Origin: Macrostomum hystrix
Taxonomy: Eukaryota > Animalia > Platyhelminthes
Direction: 5' to 3'
DNA: 64,000 nt
Assembly (NCBI GenBank): GCA_950097015.1
Contig: CATNEN010000039.1
Coordinates: 15,748,001 to 15,812,000 of the forward strand
Translations under genes and position numbers: made by a program
Part shown: positions 1-11,748 of the stretch, piece by piece
How positions within the stretch are numbered: the stretch's first letter is position 1
Layout: each line of letters starts with the position of its first letter
Notes under the pieces: generated by a model
Seen by the model: the letters and a program-made list of their open reading frames with translations, nothing else
What the model was told of the DNA's origin: nothing
Database searches by the model: none

Positions 1-344
1 AAAATAAACCATTTATTAAACACCTCTGCATTTAGAGAGGAAATCAAGAGTTTTTAAAGCTATTTATGTATACAGATATACTGGAGGAGTTTATTGAGTG
101 CAGATAGATTTTCACGAGACAAATGCAATTTTTAGATAATATTCAGGCTCATATACATTAATTATCTGTGAGCATATCAGAATGTAATCCAAGTACTGCA
201 AAAACGCTTTTATATTAAAAAAACTAACCAAGATAGTTTCGCATTGTCATTCTGTTTGGCCATCAGTAAGAACAAGTGGAGACAGAGCGATGAGCCCCAT
301 AGCTAGGGCAGAGTTTACGGATTTTGGATCTGGGTTTTGTCTTT

Positions 345-1547
345 GGCTGAGGGGTTTGTGGATCTGGGGTTTGGTGGCCAGATAAGACTGAGGGTTTTGT
401 GGATCTGGGGTTTGGTGGCCAGATAAGACTGAGGGTTTTGTGGATCTGGGGTTTGGTGGCCAGATAAGGCTGAGGGTTTTGTGGATCTGGGTTTTGTCTT
501 TGGCTGAGGGGTTTGTGGATCTGGGGTTTGGTGGCCAGATAAGACTGAGGGGTTTGTGGATCTGGGGTTTGGTGGCCAGATAAGGCTGAGGGGTTTGTGG
601 ATCTGGGGTTTGGTGGCCAGATAAGGCTGAGGGGTTTGTGGATCTGGGATTGGTGGCCAAATAAGGCTGAGGGGTTTGTGGATCTGGGGATTGGTGGCCA
701 GATAAGGCTGAGGGGTTTGTGGATCTGGGGTTTGGTGGCCAAATAAGGCTGAGGGGTTTGTGGATCTGGGGTTTGGTGGCCAGATAAGACTGAGGGTTTT
801 GTGGATCTGGGGTTTGGTGGCCAGATAAGGCTGAGGGGTTTGTGGATCTGGGATTGGTGGCCAAATAAGGCTGAGGGGTTTGTGGATCTGGGGATTGGTG
901 GCCAGATAAGGCTGAGGGGTTTGTGGATCTGGGGTTTGGTGGCCAAATAAGGCTGAGGGGTTTGTGGATCTGGGGATTGGTGGCCAGATAAGGCTGAGGG
1001 GTTTGTGGATCTGGGTTTGGTGGCCAGATAAGGCTGAGGGGTTTGTGGATCTGGGGTTTGGTGGCCAGATAAGGCTGAGGGGTTTGTGGATCTGGGATTG
1101 GTGGCCAGATAAGGCTGAGGGGTTTGTAGATCTGGGGTTTGGTGGCCAGATAAGGCTGAGGGGTTTGTGGATCTGGGGTTTGGTGGCCAGATAAGGCTGA
1201 GGGGTTTGTGGATCTGGGGTTTGGTGGCCAGATAAGGCTGAGGGGTTTATGGACCTGGAGATTGCTGGTCAGGTAAGGTTGAGGGGTTTATGGACCTGGG
1301 GATTGGTGGTCAGATAAGGCTGGTAAAATATTTGAAAATATGAAAATATACACATTCTACTGGTCAGATAATGCTGAGGGGTTTATGGACCTGGGGATTG
1401 GTGGTCAGATAAGGCTGAGGGGTTTGTGGATCTGGGGTTTGGTGGCCAGATAAGGCTGAGGGGTTTGTGGATCTGGGGATTGGTGGCCAGATAAGGCTGA
1501 GGGGTTTGTGGATCTGGGGATTGGTGGCCAGATAAGGCTGAGGGGTT
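345..1547. repeat. 41-bp G-rich minisatellite (GTGGATCTGGGGTTTGGTGGCCAGATAAGGCTGAGGGGTTT)n
   Basis: Head-to-tail near-identical 41-bp units (e.g. starts at 358 and 399), with a short AT-rich interruption near 1322-1362; this explains the repetitive ORFs 247..864 and 263..946. Confidence 0.97.
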
Positions 1548-2141
1548 TTCAGATATGGACTCGGGATTCCGATGGCTGTGTTGTCCGGGATCAGACGTAC
1601 CACTCTTTCATGTCTCGCTTTCTGGAGCCCGATTTCCCACTGCCGCTGACCCCCCTGGCGTCGCCGTTCAGATACAGCTGAAAATACAGCTGCTAAAAAG
1701 TATGTACTAGACGAATTAAAAACTTTTCTGCTCCCTGAATAGGGGCAAAACTTGCTAGTGAAATTTACTAAAACCAAAAATGATTTTTCATTCTATTTTA
1801 TTGTTATACTCTGTGCAACTAAAAAATAGCTCTACTGAATTGTTAAAACGCATGCAGAAAACATTAGTTGCGCTGCAAAATTAATACGGGATGGTTTGCG
1901 TAAAAAAAAATCGTCGATTAGCTATTGTGTCTGGCTTTGTGCATTTACTTTTGAATAATCTGTTAGTGTTAGAAATATTAGAGAGTAGCAAAGCTGAAGG
2001 AGTCTGTTAAGTTAAACATTAAATAAGCAGCGAGCTTTTTAAGACCTCATTAATTTTCTAGCGAGACAAGTGAAATAAGCTGACAGAAAAAAAACGGCAA
2101 GCGTAATAAGAGAGACTTTGCAGAATAGTCGCAGAATCAGC

Positions 2142-2869
2142 TTAGTTGAGACTAATTTCACTAATAACTGTGACGCAATCAGATTTTTCTGCGTTTGGTT
2201 TGCATTCGTAGCGTTCATGCTTAGAAAGTTCTTTTGAAAGGTTTTTTACAAAAGTCATTAAAGATTCAAGCGATTTTTCACAGCCGATGGCGGTTTTTAA
2301 ATGCCATTTAGGTACAGAACTTTTAGCAACCATTTTAAAGCACTTTTCTGATGGAGGGCAAAAAGTTTCATAGGGACCTATCACTACTTCGAGTTGAGGG
2401 TCATTGCCATTCGGCAGCAATTTATAGTAGTGAAGGCATGGTACCAGATCACGTTCTAGATCATTGGTCAAGTTAAATACACTCGCTTTATTGCAGTTAT
2501 CACCCGTGCAGTCTTTGCAATATTTTGTAGAGGTACAGGCGCCGCAACCAAATTTCAGTAGCTAAAAAATTTTCCGCATAGGGCAAAATTTATAGGGCAA
2601 ACTGTTGCTTTATGATTTCGAATTGATATGCTAATTTAATTAGTTTAATTCATTCGGTCGCTCACCACTTGTTTCCTTTTTTCATTAGGTTGATATTCCA
2701 CGTAACACTTGGTGACGTTGTCAGCACAATTTCTATCAAAATAATCATTCTTATATTCATAAAATGGTACTTTATGATTCCTCGACCAGGTACATTTAAT
2801 ACAATCAGCCAGCTGGATGCCTCCAAGTGCAAGATACACGCAAACAATAACCAGCTTCATAGTCGTCAT
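2142..2869 (-). CDS. Tandem three-finger (Ly6/uPAR-like) protein, copy 1, secreted form, 207 aa; exons 2869-2666 and 2561-2142
   Basis: Signal peptide MTTMKLVIVCVYLALGGIQLADC; phase-0 GT-AG intron 2665-2562 joins ...EKRKQV|LLKFGCGACTSTKYCKDCTGDNCN; second Cys domain LVPC..FCPPSEKC..IGCE..RYECKPNAEKSDC; no hydrophobic tail. Confidence 0.85.
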
Positions 2870-3599
2870 GATTGCCAGCTTCGATTCCGAATAGCCCAGT
2901 TAGATTTGGTCGATTAGCTGGCAGGTGGCAGTTGAATTGCTGATCAGGTTTGCAACGGCTGAGTAGAATCGGCCAGAATGCTTAGTCGAGTGTTGTCAGT
3001 TGTTGGATTTGATTCTTCGTTTCGGGCCGCTGCCCCTTCAATATGCTGCAGAAAATACAGGTCCGAGCCGGCTCGGTCTATGGCAGCGCTGGCTGACACA
3101 GGGGGCCCGCCTATTGTCTATGTCAAATTTCAGCTCTACTTTGCTTTTTTCATGCACGACTTTTCTGAGATGAACTTTAGTGTTGTACTATTAGAAATCT
3201 TTCTAGCTTATTGGAGTTTCTCTCTAACAAAGAAGTATTGCACTTTACAAGCATCGAATGTATGTTTCCCATGGGCCCATATTTGACAGGCTTTTTAGAC
3301 AGAGCCAGGTTAACGAAAGCTAGTGACTTTTCTTCAATCACATCAAATCGTTCTTTCTCCGATTCCTCCGCACCTCAGATCCCGCATCCTATGCCACAGA
3401 TCCCATATCCCAGAAAATACATCCAATAGGGGATACGCTAATCCTACATCCGAGATCCTATATCTCATTCGACAGACCTCAGATCCCAAATCGCAGTTCC
3501 TGAATCGCACATTCCGAATCGTGATTGAAAAAGCACTTTTAAGTTCCAATCAACCCGAATAATAATAGAGAGCGGAGGGACAGGATTTTGAAGTGTCTG

Positions 3600-3725
3600 C
3601 CCGTGCAACAAGGTGACGTAATGCGACGTAGCAATGTGACGTAAATGCAACGTCACTGCGACGTAAAAAATGCTAGTCACAATTACGTCACAGCAAGCAA
3701 ATTTTGTGACGTCGCATTTGCAACC
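3600..3725 (+). mobile_element. Probable terminus of a CMC/EnSpm-like DNA transposon (second copy 38946-39070)
   Basis: Begins CCCGTGCAAC exactly where homology with the copy-2 upstream region ends (GAAGTGTCTG at 3599 vs 12160), followed by clustered GACGT/ACGTC subterminal repeats in both orientations. The other end was not located. Confidence 0.45.
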
Positions 3726-4362
3726 ATATGCAACCAATTAAGCGCGCATCTGGTCACTTGTATATATGGCTGGCCACACTGCAGAAAAAATAAGTAAGCA
3801 AAGACAGAGGGATTTATTTTTTATTCCGGCATTCTAGCATAGTTAATTGGGACCCAAAATGGCCCTATTGCCTTGTCGCCCTACCTAGGACCCTAGCTAT
3901 ATAAGGGTCCGAGAGGCGCAATATATATTTATTAGTCATTACGAGTAATTAGTATTTTATTAAAAAATACTCAATCGTTCCATGGTGGAATCGCTGCACA
4001 TTGGGCTAAAATAGAAATAGTTTCTACCACATAGATACATATTCGTCTAACTGCATGGGAAAAGGGCGTGGACCAATAGAAACGAGTAGCATGGATCGAT
4101 TGAGTATTTTGTTCTTAATTGGATTTTTGCTTTAGGTTTATCAAAACGCTTATGACAATGATACTACTGGTGTACTTCCTCAGTAGTGATAGTGGGCTAT
4201 GTGGCTATGTTTTGAGTAAAATAATGCAAGTAAGCATGGTAAGAAGCAAAAAAAATCTAGCAAAGATGGGGCATGGGAGGGAAGGTTCTGCTGGTTAGCT
4301 AAGCATTTTTTCAGCTAGAAATTCCTACGCTTGGATTGTTTAGCATCCTCAACCTCATCCAT

Positions 4363-5310
4363 CATCCGTCATCCTCAAGGCCAACTTCGTCATGGTCATC
4401 CTGGTCTGTGTCGTCGAAGCTCAATGCAGTTGGAAGCCCAGCAGTCCTCGCCTCTCTCTTCGCCACGTTCGCCATATGCTTCAGAACGCTGCCGACATGG
4501 CTGCTTGGTGCCTGGCCTCCGAGCTGTTGCCGTGGAATGCGCGATCCCTGAATGACCTCTGAAAAAATGCATTTAAGCTAAAGTATATGGTAACTTTTTG
4601 GAACATTTTCGGATTGTTATTGAATGTATGGTAACTATTTAGAAAACATATTTTTACCAAAATATGCCAAGTTAATTCAAAGGAGACATGAGGAAGGACA
4701 ACAATTTCGCGATAAGTTTGATCCCAACGCACGATTATAATAATATCGAAGTTAGTTAGCCAAAAAAACTTACTGCAAATTGCATCGAGCACATCTTTTG
4801 GAAGTGGTCTCTTGACTTGGTCTTGACCTGAACCAGCAGCAGCAGAGTGTGTCCTCTTGCGGCCTCTTGAGCCTGACTTTGGGAGACGAAGCCCATGACG
4901 GTCGACTCCAGAGAAACAATTCGCTCTGTGAGCATTTGGATCCACGCTGAAAACCACACGAATGGGTGTATAATGTATAAAATAAAATGAACAACAGATG
5001 AACCGACATGCAGTTAAAGAACATCATTCGTCTTACCTTGCATATGAGGGCAGTTGACAGCTTTGCCTCCCAGCAGCTATATCTGAATCAGCTTGCTTAG
5101 GCCGTGTAGTCGAATGGTTGGACGATGGTTGAACAGACAACACAGAGTGCAGTTGGAGTCCGAATCATCAGCATTACTATTGGCAAAAACATCCGCTCTG
5201 GAAAAATGAGCAGAAGCCGCTGTAGGAGTACCCGGCCCAATAGTGTTTTTTGAACTGGCAGATCTGGCAGCAGCTGGACTCTTGGGCACGGGCATCTTAG
5301 AATAATGTGG
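4363..5310 (-). pseudogene. Spliced gene remnant, possibly a DUF4806/BEN-like transposon accessory protein (internally deleted relative to 39715-41170)
   Basis: Exon-like blocks ...QDQVKRPLPKDVLDAIC|GTAAGT and TTTCAG|EVIQGSRIPRQQLGGQAPSSHVGSVLKHMANVAKREAR...acidic tail*; domain call made by eye only. Confidence 0.35.
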
Positions 5311-5619
5311 TGCTGAAGCAAATTATTCTCAAGCAAATTATACTCAAGCAAATTATTTAATAAAACTATGCATCGCTCTCGTTACATTATTGTTAGCATT
5401 CCAATCACGCTAACGCAGTAATTTCTAAAATGCTATATGAACATAGGAGCATTCTTTGGTCCTATGGTAGCTTACTTCGTCCAAAGCTGGGACAAACCGA
5501 TTCGGACTAAACGTTAAACACCTATGGAACTTTTGCGGATTTATTTGAGGCTGTCCAAACGCAGATTAACAAAGAGCTCAAGTGTGGGCGGTATCGCGAG
5601 TGCCCGACCGGCGGGCGTC

Positions 5620-6035
5620 CAAAATTGGTCAGCGCCCTTGGAGACCTGCCCAAAGATAGTGATCGTGTGCGCCTTATTCCCGACTGCAGTCGGCCTTTGA
5701 ATAACTATTTGAACTCCAGATGGGTCTGCCAGGAGAAGCTGCGATTCACGTGCGCCGATAACTTTGCGAGAAAGCTGTCCAGAGGCTGTTTTATGACAAA
5801 GGTGGACCTCAGCGAAGCGTACCGCGCCTGTGGTATTCACCCGACGATTTCAGTCAGGCGGGAATTAAGTTCCGCTTCGGGCAGTCCAAAGCAGTACCTA
5901 CATGTACGACACCCGTCTGCCGTTCGGCGCTGCGGCATCTGTTACCTGTTTTCATCATCTTAGCAATGCTGTGAGATTAACGATGCTGCGCAGAGGCTTC
6001 GTAGGCACCGAGTCCTACTTGGACGATTTCGCCAG
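5620..6035 (+). mobile_element. DIRS/Ngaro-type (tyrosine-recombinase retrotransposon) reverse-transcriptase remnant
   Basis: VSALG.LPKDSDRVRLIPDCSRP, KVDLSEAYR, (frameshift) YDTRLPFGAAAS...YLDDF, typical DIRS RT motifs. Confidence 0.75.
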
Positions 6036-6609
6036 GCTTAGGCCTAGTAAACTCGAATCGAGACCATTAAAACATGCACATGAAATATTACCGAATTTAG
6101 ATCCGAATTCGATCATTTTGTGATTGAATTTTCTAACTCAAATCTAACAGATTAAATATAAAACAAGAATTACTACCAAATTTTGTTTATACAATGTGCG
6201 ACACTACTAAGCGCAAATTGAGCATGCTGAGAAAGCATCCAGCATGCTCTATCGTCGAATTTAACGTGTCTAAAAATGTGTTTTTTTACCGTTATAATGT
6301 AAACACGGTTGTAAAATTATACAACGAAGGGTAAATTCAAAACGAATTCAATTGAATTTTCTAATTCTAAAACGATGAGCTTTGCATAATTTTGCTTGGA
6401 ATTAAAAAAGCAAAGCTTCTGAAATTTTTTAATCATGCTTCGTCTTTGGATTTCAACAAGAAATCCGCAACTGAGTAACAAGAATTCAATATCCGTTAAT
6501 TTTTGTGTAACCTACTGCATGACGCCATTTCATCGTTGATATACAATATCTGAAGCTAAAAAAATGACAGAGATGCGCAAATGTATTATAGAAAGTCAAT
6601 CTACTATGC

Positions 6610-7022
6610 CAGAGGGGCTCACTGACCGGAAGATCATTTTCCACTCCGACAGTCAAGCCGCCCTCGACCGCAGCACCACCTGCTCTAAGACCACCTTGGA
6701 CTGCAACGCCCAGCTCAACGAGCTGGCGCGGGCCAACGAGGTCAAGCTCAAATGGATCCCAGGTCACGCTGGCTTCCCAGGGAATGAGATGGCGGACCAG
6801 CTCGCAAGAGCCTGGCGCTCCTATCCCCGCCACTGTGACCAACCTCAAGCTGAAGCGCTGGATGGAGGCACAGCACCTGCAAGCAGTCCAGGGCAGCGGT
6901 CCCATGTCCGTCTCACCGCCCTCGCAAAGCCCTCTTAAAGCTGAACCGCAGAGATCTCCGCGCAGTCAGCATGGCCCTCTCAGGGCATGGCTGTTTTTCT
7001 CGGCATCGCCATCTCCAGGACC
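6610..7022 (+). mobile_element. LINE RNase H fragment
   Basis: IIFHSDSQAAL...KLKWIPGHAGFPGNEMADQLAR; same family as 13880-14560. Confidence 0.8.
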
Positions 7023-8247
7023 AACAAAAGTTTTTAGCCACGAAGAATGCAATCATTTCTGGATTTACCACAAAGCTTTAGCTGGCTGAATTAAAACAAT
7101 ATTATAGTACTGATGCCTATAGAATAAGCGGATGCTGCTAGATATTTATTTACCATCGGAATTATGCAAAACTCAAAATAACATACAAAATAACACAATA
7201 ACTCGGAAGTAAGTCCGATTCGTCTATTCTTAGCATCACAAAATTCCGGGTCAAATTCAGAAAGCGCACACGAAGAAAATGTGAACGAAGGATTTGGTCC
7301 ATAACTTTCGAACCCTTTGAGCAAAATGCTTACTTTTGCACAGGGTTGTAAAAAATATGAGCTTGAGGTGGTACAAATGTGGTACAGGCCGTATATTCAA
7401 TTTTTGGAGTGAGAAGACCATTTGCTACCTTGAATGACTTCAGAACTTCAGACGATGATTTTTTGCTTATTAAAGCTCATTCAGATCAACTTTTGAGCTC
7501 AAAAGATGTGCATTTTGCTGAAATTTTATAAGGTAAAAATGGTTCAAGAATCTAGTCAGAAGCGAGGACGCAATTGATCAGCCCAATGCCAGCCGCATCG
7601 AATTTTTAAATCCAGAAATTTGAAGGCTTCAAAAGTGACAGGATTAGCACTATCAATCTGGTCAAAATCTATTAGCAAAGACGGATTTTGCAAGTGGTAC
7701 AACTGATTTTAAAAAGTGATGCGGCTGGGTTGCTGCTAGCGAAAAGTGCGTATGCAACGGTACCTCCAGCAGTTTCAGCAGGGCATGGCGGCGTCCGTCG
7801 TGTTTGTGGATGGTGTAGGGACTCTAGTTGAACTTCCTCATTCTGTCTCGTTGTGAATCTTTGTCGCTTACCCTCCTTTTCTTTGTTATCTTTTTCCCTT
7901 CCTCTTCGTTTCGCTGCTGCTTTCGCCAAGTTTGTGTCTCTCTCGTGCATCTTTGTTCGTGCTTTGGGGGCACAAAATGACTACTTTCAGACATCAAGCC
8001 AGGTTTAACTGATCATTGTGCAGCTTGCACGGAGTGTTAAAAAATAATTCGGAACAGATATATGTATATATTTTGTCATAAAATATGACAAGCCTGGCAT
8101 GCTTGGGATTTGCAACGGAAATCGGTCAGTTTTTGTTATTGAGAGGAGACTTTTAGCGCCTTGATTTTTCAGCACATTTTCAGACACAGCTTTCGGTACA
8201 TTCAGTACACAAAACATGAAAAGAAGATTCAAAATAAAATTAAAAAA

Positions 8248-9080
8248 TCAACAACAAAACCAAATAAACTGTGCAAGCAGCATCGTTAGCAGCGTCGTGC
8301 AGCCGAGCACCACGGATACGAACAGCCAATTTTGGTGCGAAGCATCCACAGCAGTCGGGGTTGCAGGCGGAGTGTACAATGGGATACAATCAGATTTTTC
8401 TGCGTTTGGTCTACATTCGTAGCGTTTGTGCTTAGAAAGTTCTTTTACATAAGTCATTAAAGATTCAAGCGATTTTTCACAGCCGATGACGGTTTTATAA
8501 TGCCATTGAGGTACAGGCCTTTTAGCAACCATTTTAAAGCACTTTTCTGATGGAGGGCAAAAAATTTCATAGGGACCTTTCACTTCTTCTCTTTGAGGCT
8601 CATTGTCATTCGGCAGCAATTTATAGTAGTCAAGGCATGGTACCAGATCACGTTCTAGATCATTGGTCAAGTTAAATACACTCGCTTTATTGCATTTATG
8701 ACCCGTGCAGTCTTTGCAATATTTTGTAGCAGGACAGGCGCCGCAACCATATTTCAGTCCCTAAAAAAGTTTCCGCATAGGGCAAAATTTATAGGGCAAA
8801 CTGTTGCTTTATGATTTCGAATTGATATGCTAGTTAAACTAGTTTAATTCATTTGGTCGCTCACCATTTCGTCGGTATTGGCAGTTGAACCTTCAGGTTG
8901 ATAATCCACGTAACACTTGGTGTCTTTGGCAGGAGTACAATCTGTATCAGTATCGTCATTCTTTTATACAGAAAATTTTACTCTTCTATTTTTCGACGAG
9001 ATACATTTTATACAATCAGCCAGCTGAATGCCTCCAAGTGCAAGAAACACGCAAACAATAACCAGCTTCATAGTCGTCAT
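8248..9080 (-). pseudogene. Tandem three-finger protein, copy 2, anchored form with a premature stop; exons 9080-8865 and 8760-8248
   Basis: Same exon structure (intron 8864-8761). Codon 39 is TAA (8966-8964) where copy 5 has TAT; the rest is open, ending IPLYTPPATPTAVDASHQNWLFVSVVLGCTTLLTMLLAQFIWFCC. Confidence 0.8.
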
Positions 9081-9403
9081 GATTGCCAGCTTCGATTCCG
9101 AATAGCCCAGTTAGATTTGGTCGATTAGCTGGCAGGTGGCAGTTGAATAGCTGATCAGGTTTGCAACGGCTGAGTAGAATCGGCCAGAATGCTTAGTCGA
9201 GTGTTGTCAGTTGTTGGATTTGATTTTTCGTTTCGGGCCGCTGCCCCTTCAATATGCTGCAGAAAATGCAGATCCGAGCCGGCTCGGTCTATAGCAGCGC
9301 TGGCTGACACAGGGGTGCCCGCCTTTTGTCTATGGCAAATTTCAGCTCTACTTTGCTTTTTTCATGCACGACTTTTCTGAGATGAACATTTGTGTTGTAC
9401 TAT

Positions 9404-11748
9404 TGATGTGGAGTGTGCTACGGGAATCGAGTGGGAATGTGAGCCAGCAGAATTTTTCAAATTTTAAGCAGTTAATAATCGCGACCCATCTAGCAGCTGG
9501 CCGCGAAGCAAGATCATTAATCTTAGGGCCGGGTTTGGGGCGGCGGTGAATTAAGTAGCCGTCGAATCCCCTCTCCCTGGATCTGTTCTAGCCCCCTGTA
9601 GGAATGACTGATCGCGGGCCATAACTTTATTGCATGAGCTAGTTTAGGTCATAATTCCCCTCCAAACCGCGATCAGATATTGGGAATCACTCGGGCATTA
9701 TGAGTGATCATTAATTCTTCATGTCCCCACTTCTTTACAGTATTCGAGCCCAGCTCGACTTTATGACCTCCTCTCTTAGATACATGTAAATGTCACTGTA
9801 GGCAGGTCGGCGCCTGCGCTTCCCATTGTCCTGGCGGAGTAACAATTATTGGCCGACTGCCGGCGGCTGCTCGTAAAGGAGCATCTGTCGTTTCTCGCCG
9901 CCGGTTCATTGGGTAATCGGGGTGGCCATCGCCGCTTCGATTCCTAGATGACAGGCTGGCGCGGATGTGGGTTATTTTGATGAATGTCGAGGTTGGCGTG
10001 CTGCAGGACTATTTAAGAAAGCGCGCTGCGCCGCCCCCAGTCACCCGCCGACCTCGGCCCAGAGACCTAACCGGCTTGCGGACCCGTCTTCCCCGACGGG
10101 CCTTCCGGACTTATCTCCCCGACTTAGGGCTTAGACCCCAGAGCTTTAAGCTCATCTAGCGCTCACAGGCTCATTGCCTGTCTATAAGCTCCTAATAGTA
10201 CAAGCCACCTCTTTAGGTGAGCTCTCGAATTGAGCCACTGAGCTCCACCGGTGTGTTGGCCCCTGCCAGCTCACACTTAGCCTTCCCCTCCTCTGTCCTT
10301 GCTGATCTTGCCCTGCCCCTCCCTCGAGAACTACAGAACTGCAGCACGCGATCGGCTTTCAGATAAGTAACCCGCGTAGCGGTCGTTTAATTGTTGCTCC
10401 TAAGGGATTATTCTGCTAGTTAGGCGGCACAATAGCGGGAACGGGCATTGGGGACTTTTAGCCTAATAAACTTTCAGCACTAGCCATTTAATTATACGTT
10501 AGGCCAAATTTTAATTACAACTTAAATCCTTTCACCTAGTGTTTGCCTCTATGTATATTTTCTCTACTAGACAGCCCTCAGCTATGAGTGGCTAATCTTC
10601 TAGGGGGTGGGCTCTGGTGAGGCCGAGATGAAGGCTGCGGCAGGAAGGCAACTGTACGCGCGCATGAGAGTAATAAGAAGCTAGGGATTCGCGGGCAGAT
10701 GCGGAGCGCAGCATGTGCATCTCTGCCGGGGTGTGGGGGATTCCTTGGCGGGTTTTCCTCTCTTCCTGGCGGGTCAAAGGGTACGTGTCAAACTCCCTTG
10801 CCAATGGAGTTCCCCTTCTTTTCCCCCTCCTCTCGCAACTGCGGCCACGGGAGCGAGAGTGATGACCTAATAATCTTTCGCTTGCATAATCACTCAGCCA
10901 GTTGTTCTGCTTAATCTCTCCAGCCTCTGATCTCCTCAACTCGCACAGATTCGGATTTGTTGGTTACTTAATGTGTAGGCTGCAGTCTAATGTATAGAAT
11001 GTGTCTGATGTCTTAAGAGTAGGATTCCGGCTATGGATTCTCATTCGAGTTCTGAGTACCACCTTTCTAGACCCCTGTAGCGCGAATTCAGGAATCCCCT
11101 TTGAGGCGTGTCTCGATCCATTCTGGGGCTCTCACCCCAGTCTAAAACGGAAGTTGCAGAATGCCCTATTTTTTCGGCTTGTCTAGATCTGCGTGATAAA
11201 CTAGGATCTGTGTACTCCGGGGACCCAAGTTCCCAAATGTCTGCGGTGGCAACGTAGGCGCATTGGGTGGTGGCGCTACCCTAGATCATATACCCGCTTT
11301 GCCGATAGCCTTTCCGCAGTTCTGTGACAAGAGCCTGGGCCGTTTCGACCACCGCTACCAAGGTTAGGAGTCAGTTGCGCACGTGCTACTGACGACAGTA
11401 GGCTGTCTAGCCCTGTCCTGTCCGATTCCGGGTAGTCCGACACCTCTCCTTAGACTTTTAGCCGGTTTCGAGCACTGCTTGGGGTAGGCACGGCAGTCAT
11501 GCCTGTGGCCTATGGGACGAGTGGGACTGGCCAGCCTGAGGCCGATAGGACCACTCCCTGCATCTACTGAACCTCCTCGTCTCTCCCTTCATCTCCTCTC
11601 TCTCCCCGCGACATCTCGCGAGTAGCTAGGCGGACTTTTGAACGACTCTGTCGCCCGCCTCTAGCAGTCATTGATCATGAGGGCAGGTCAGCGGTTGCAA
11701 AACACCCAAACCATGTCAGGATGATTTTCTCCATGACAACCCATTTCA
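9404..11748. mobile_element. Solo LTR (~2.35 kb), Gypsy-like, with 4-bp TSD CTAT
   Basis: TG...CA ends; CTAT at 9400-9403 and 11749-11752; the empty site GTTGTACTATTAGAAA is present in the paralogous upstream regions (3183, 38529, 45331); inverted homologue at 28813-31132. Confidence 0.85.

Noticed and set aside
247-1777. Long repetitive ORFs (247..864, 263..946, 964..1194, 1364..1777)
   Set aside because: By-products of the 41-bp minisatellite; the peptide cycles through all three frames.
2669-3562. Recurrent antisense ORFs (MLSRVLSVVGFD..., MTFLQSHQIV..., MFPFFIRL...) in each gene copy
   Set aside because: They recur only because the DNA is duplicated; lengths and frames differ between copies and they overlap the real gene or its upstream module.
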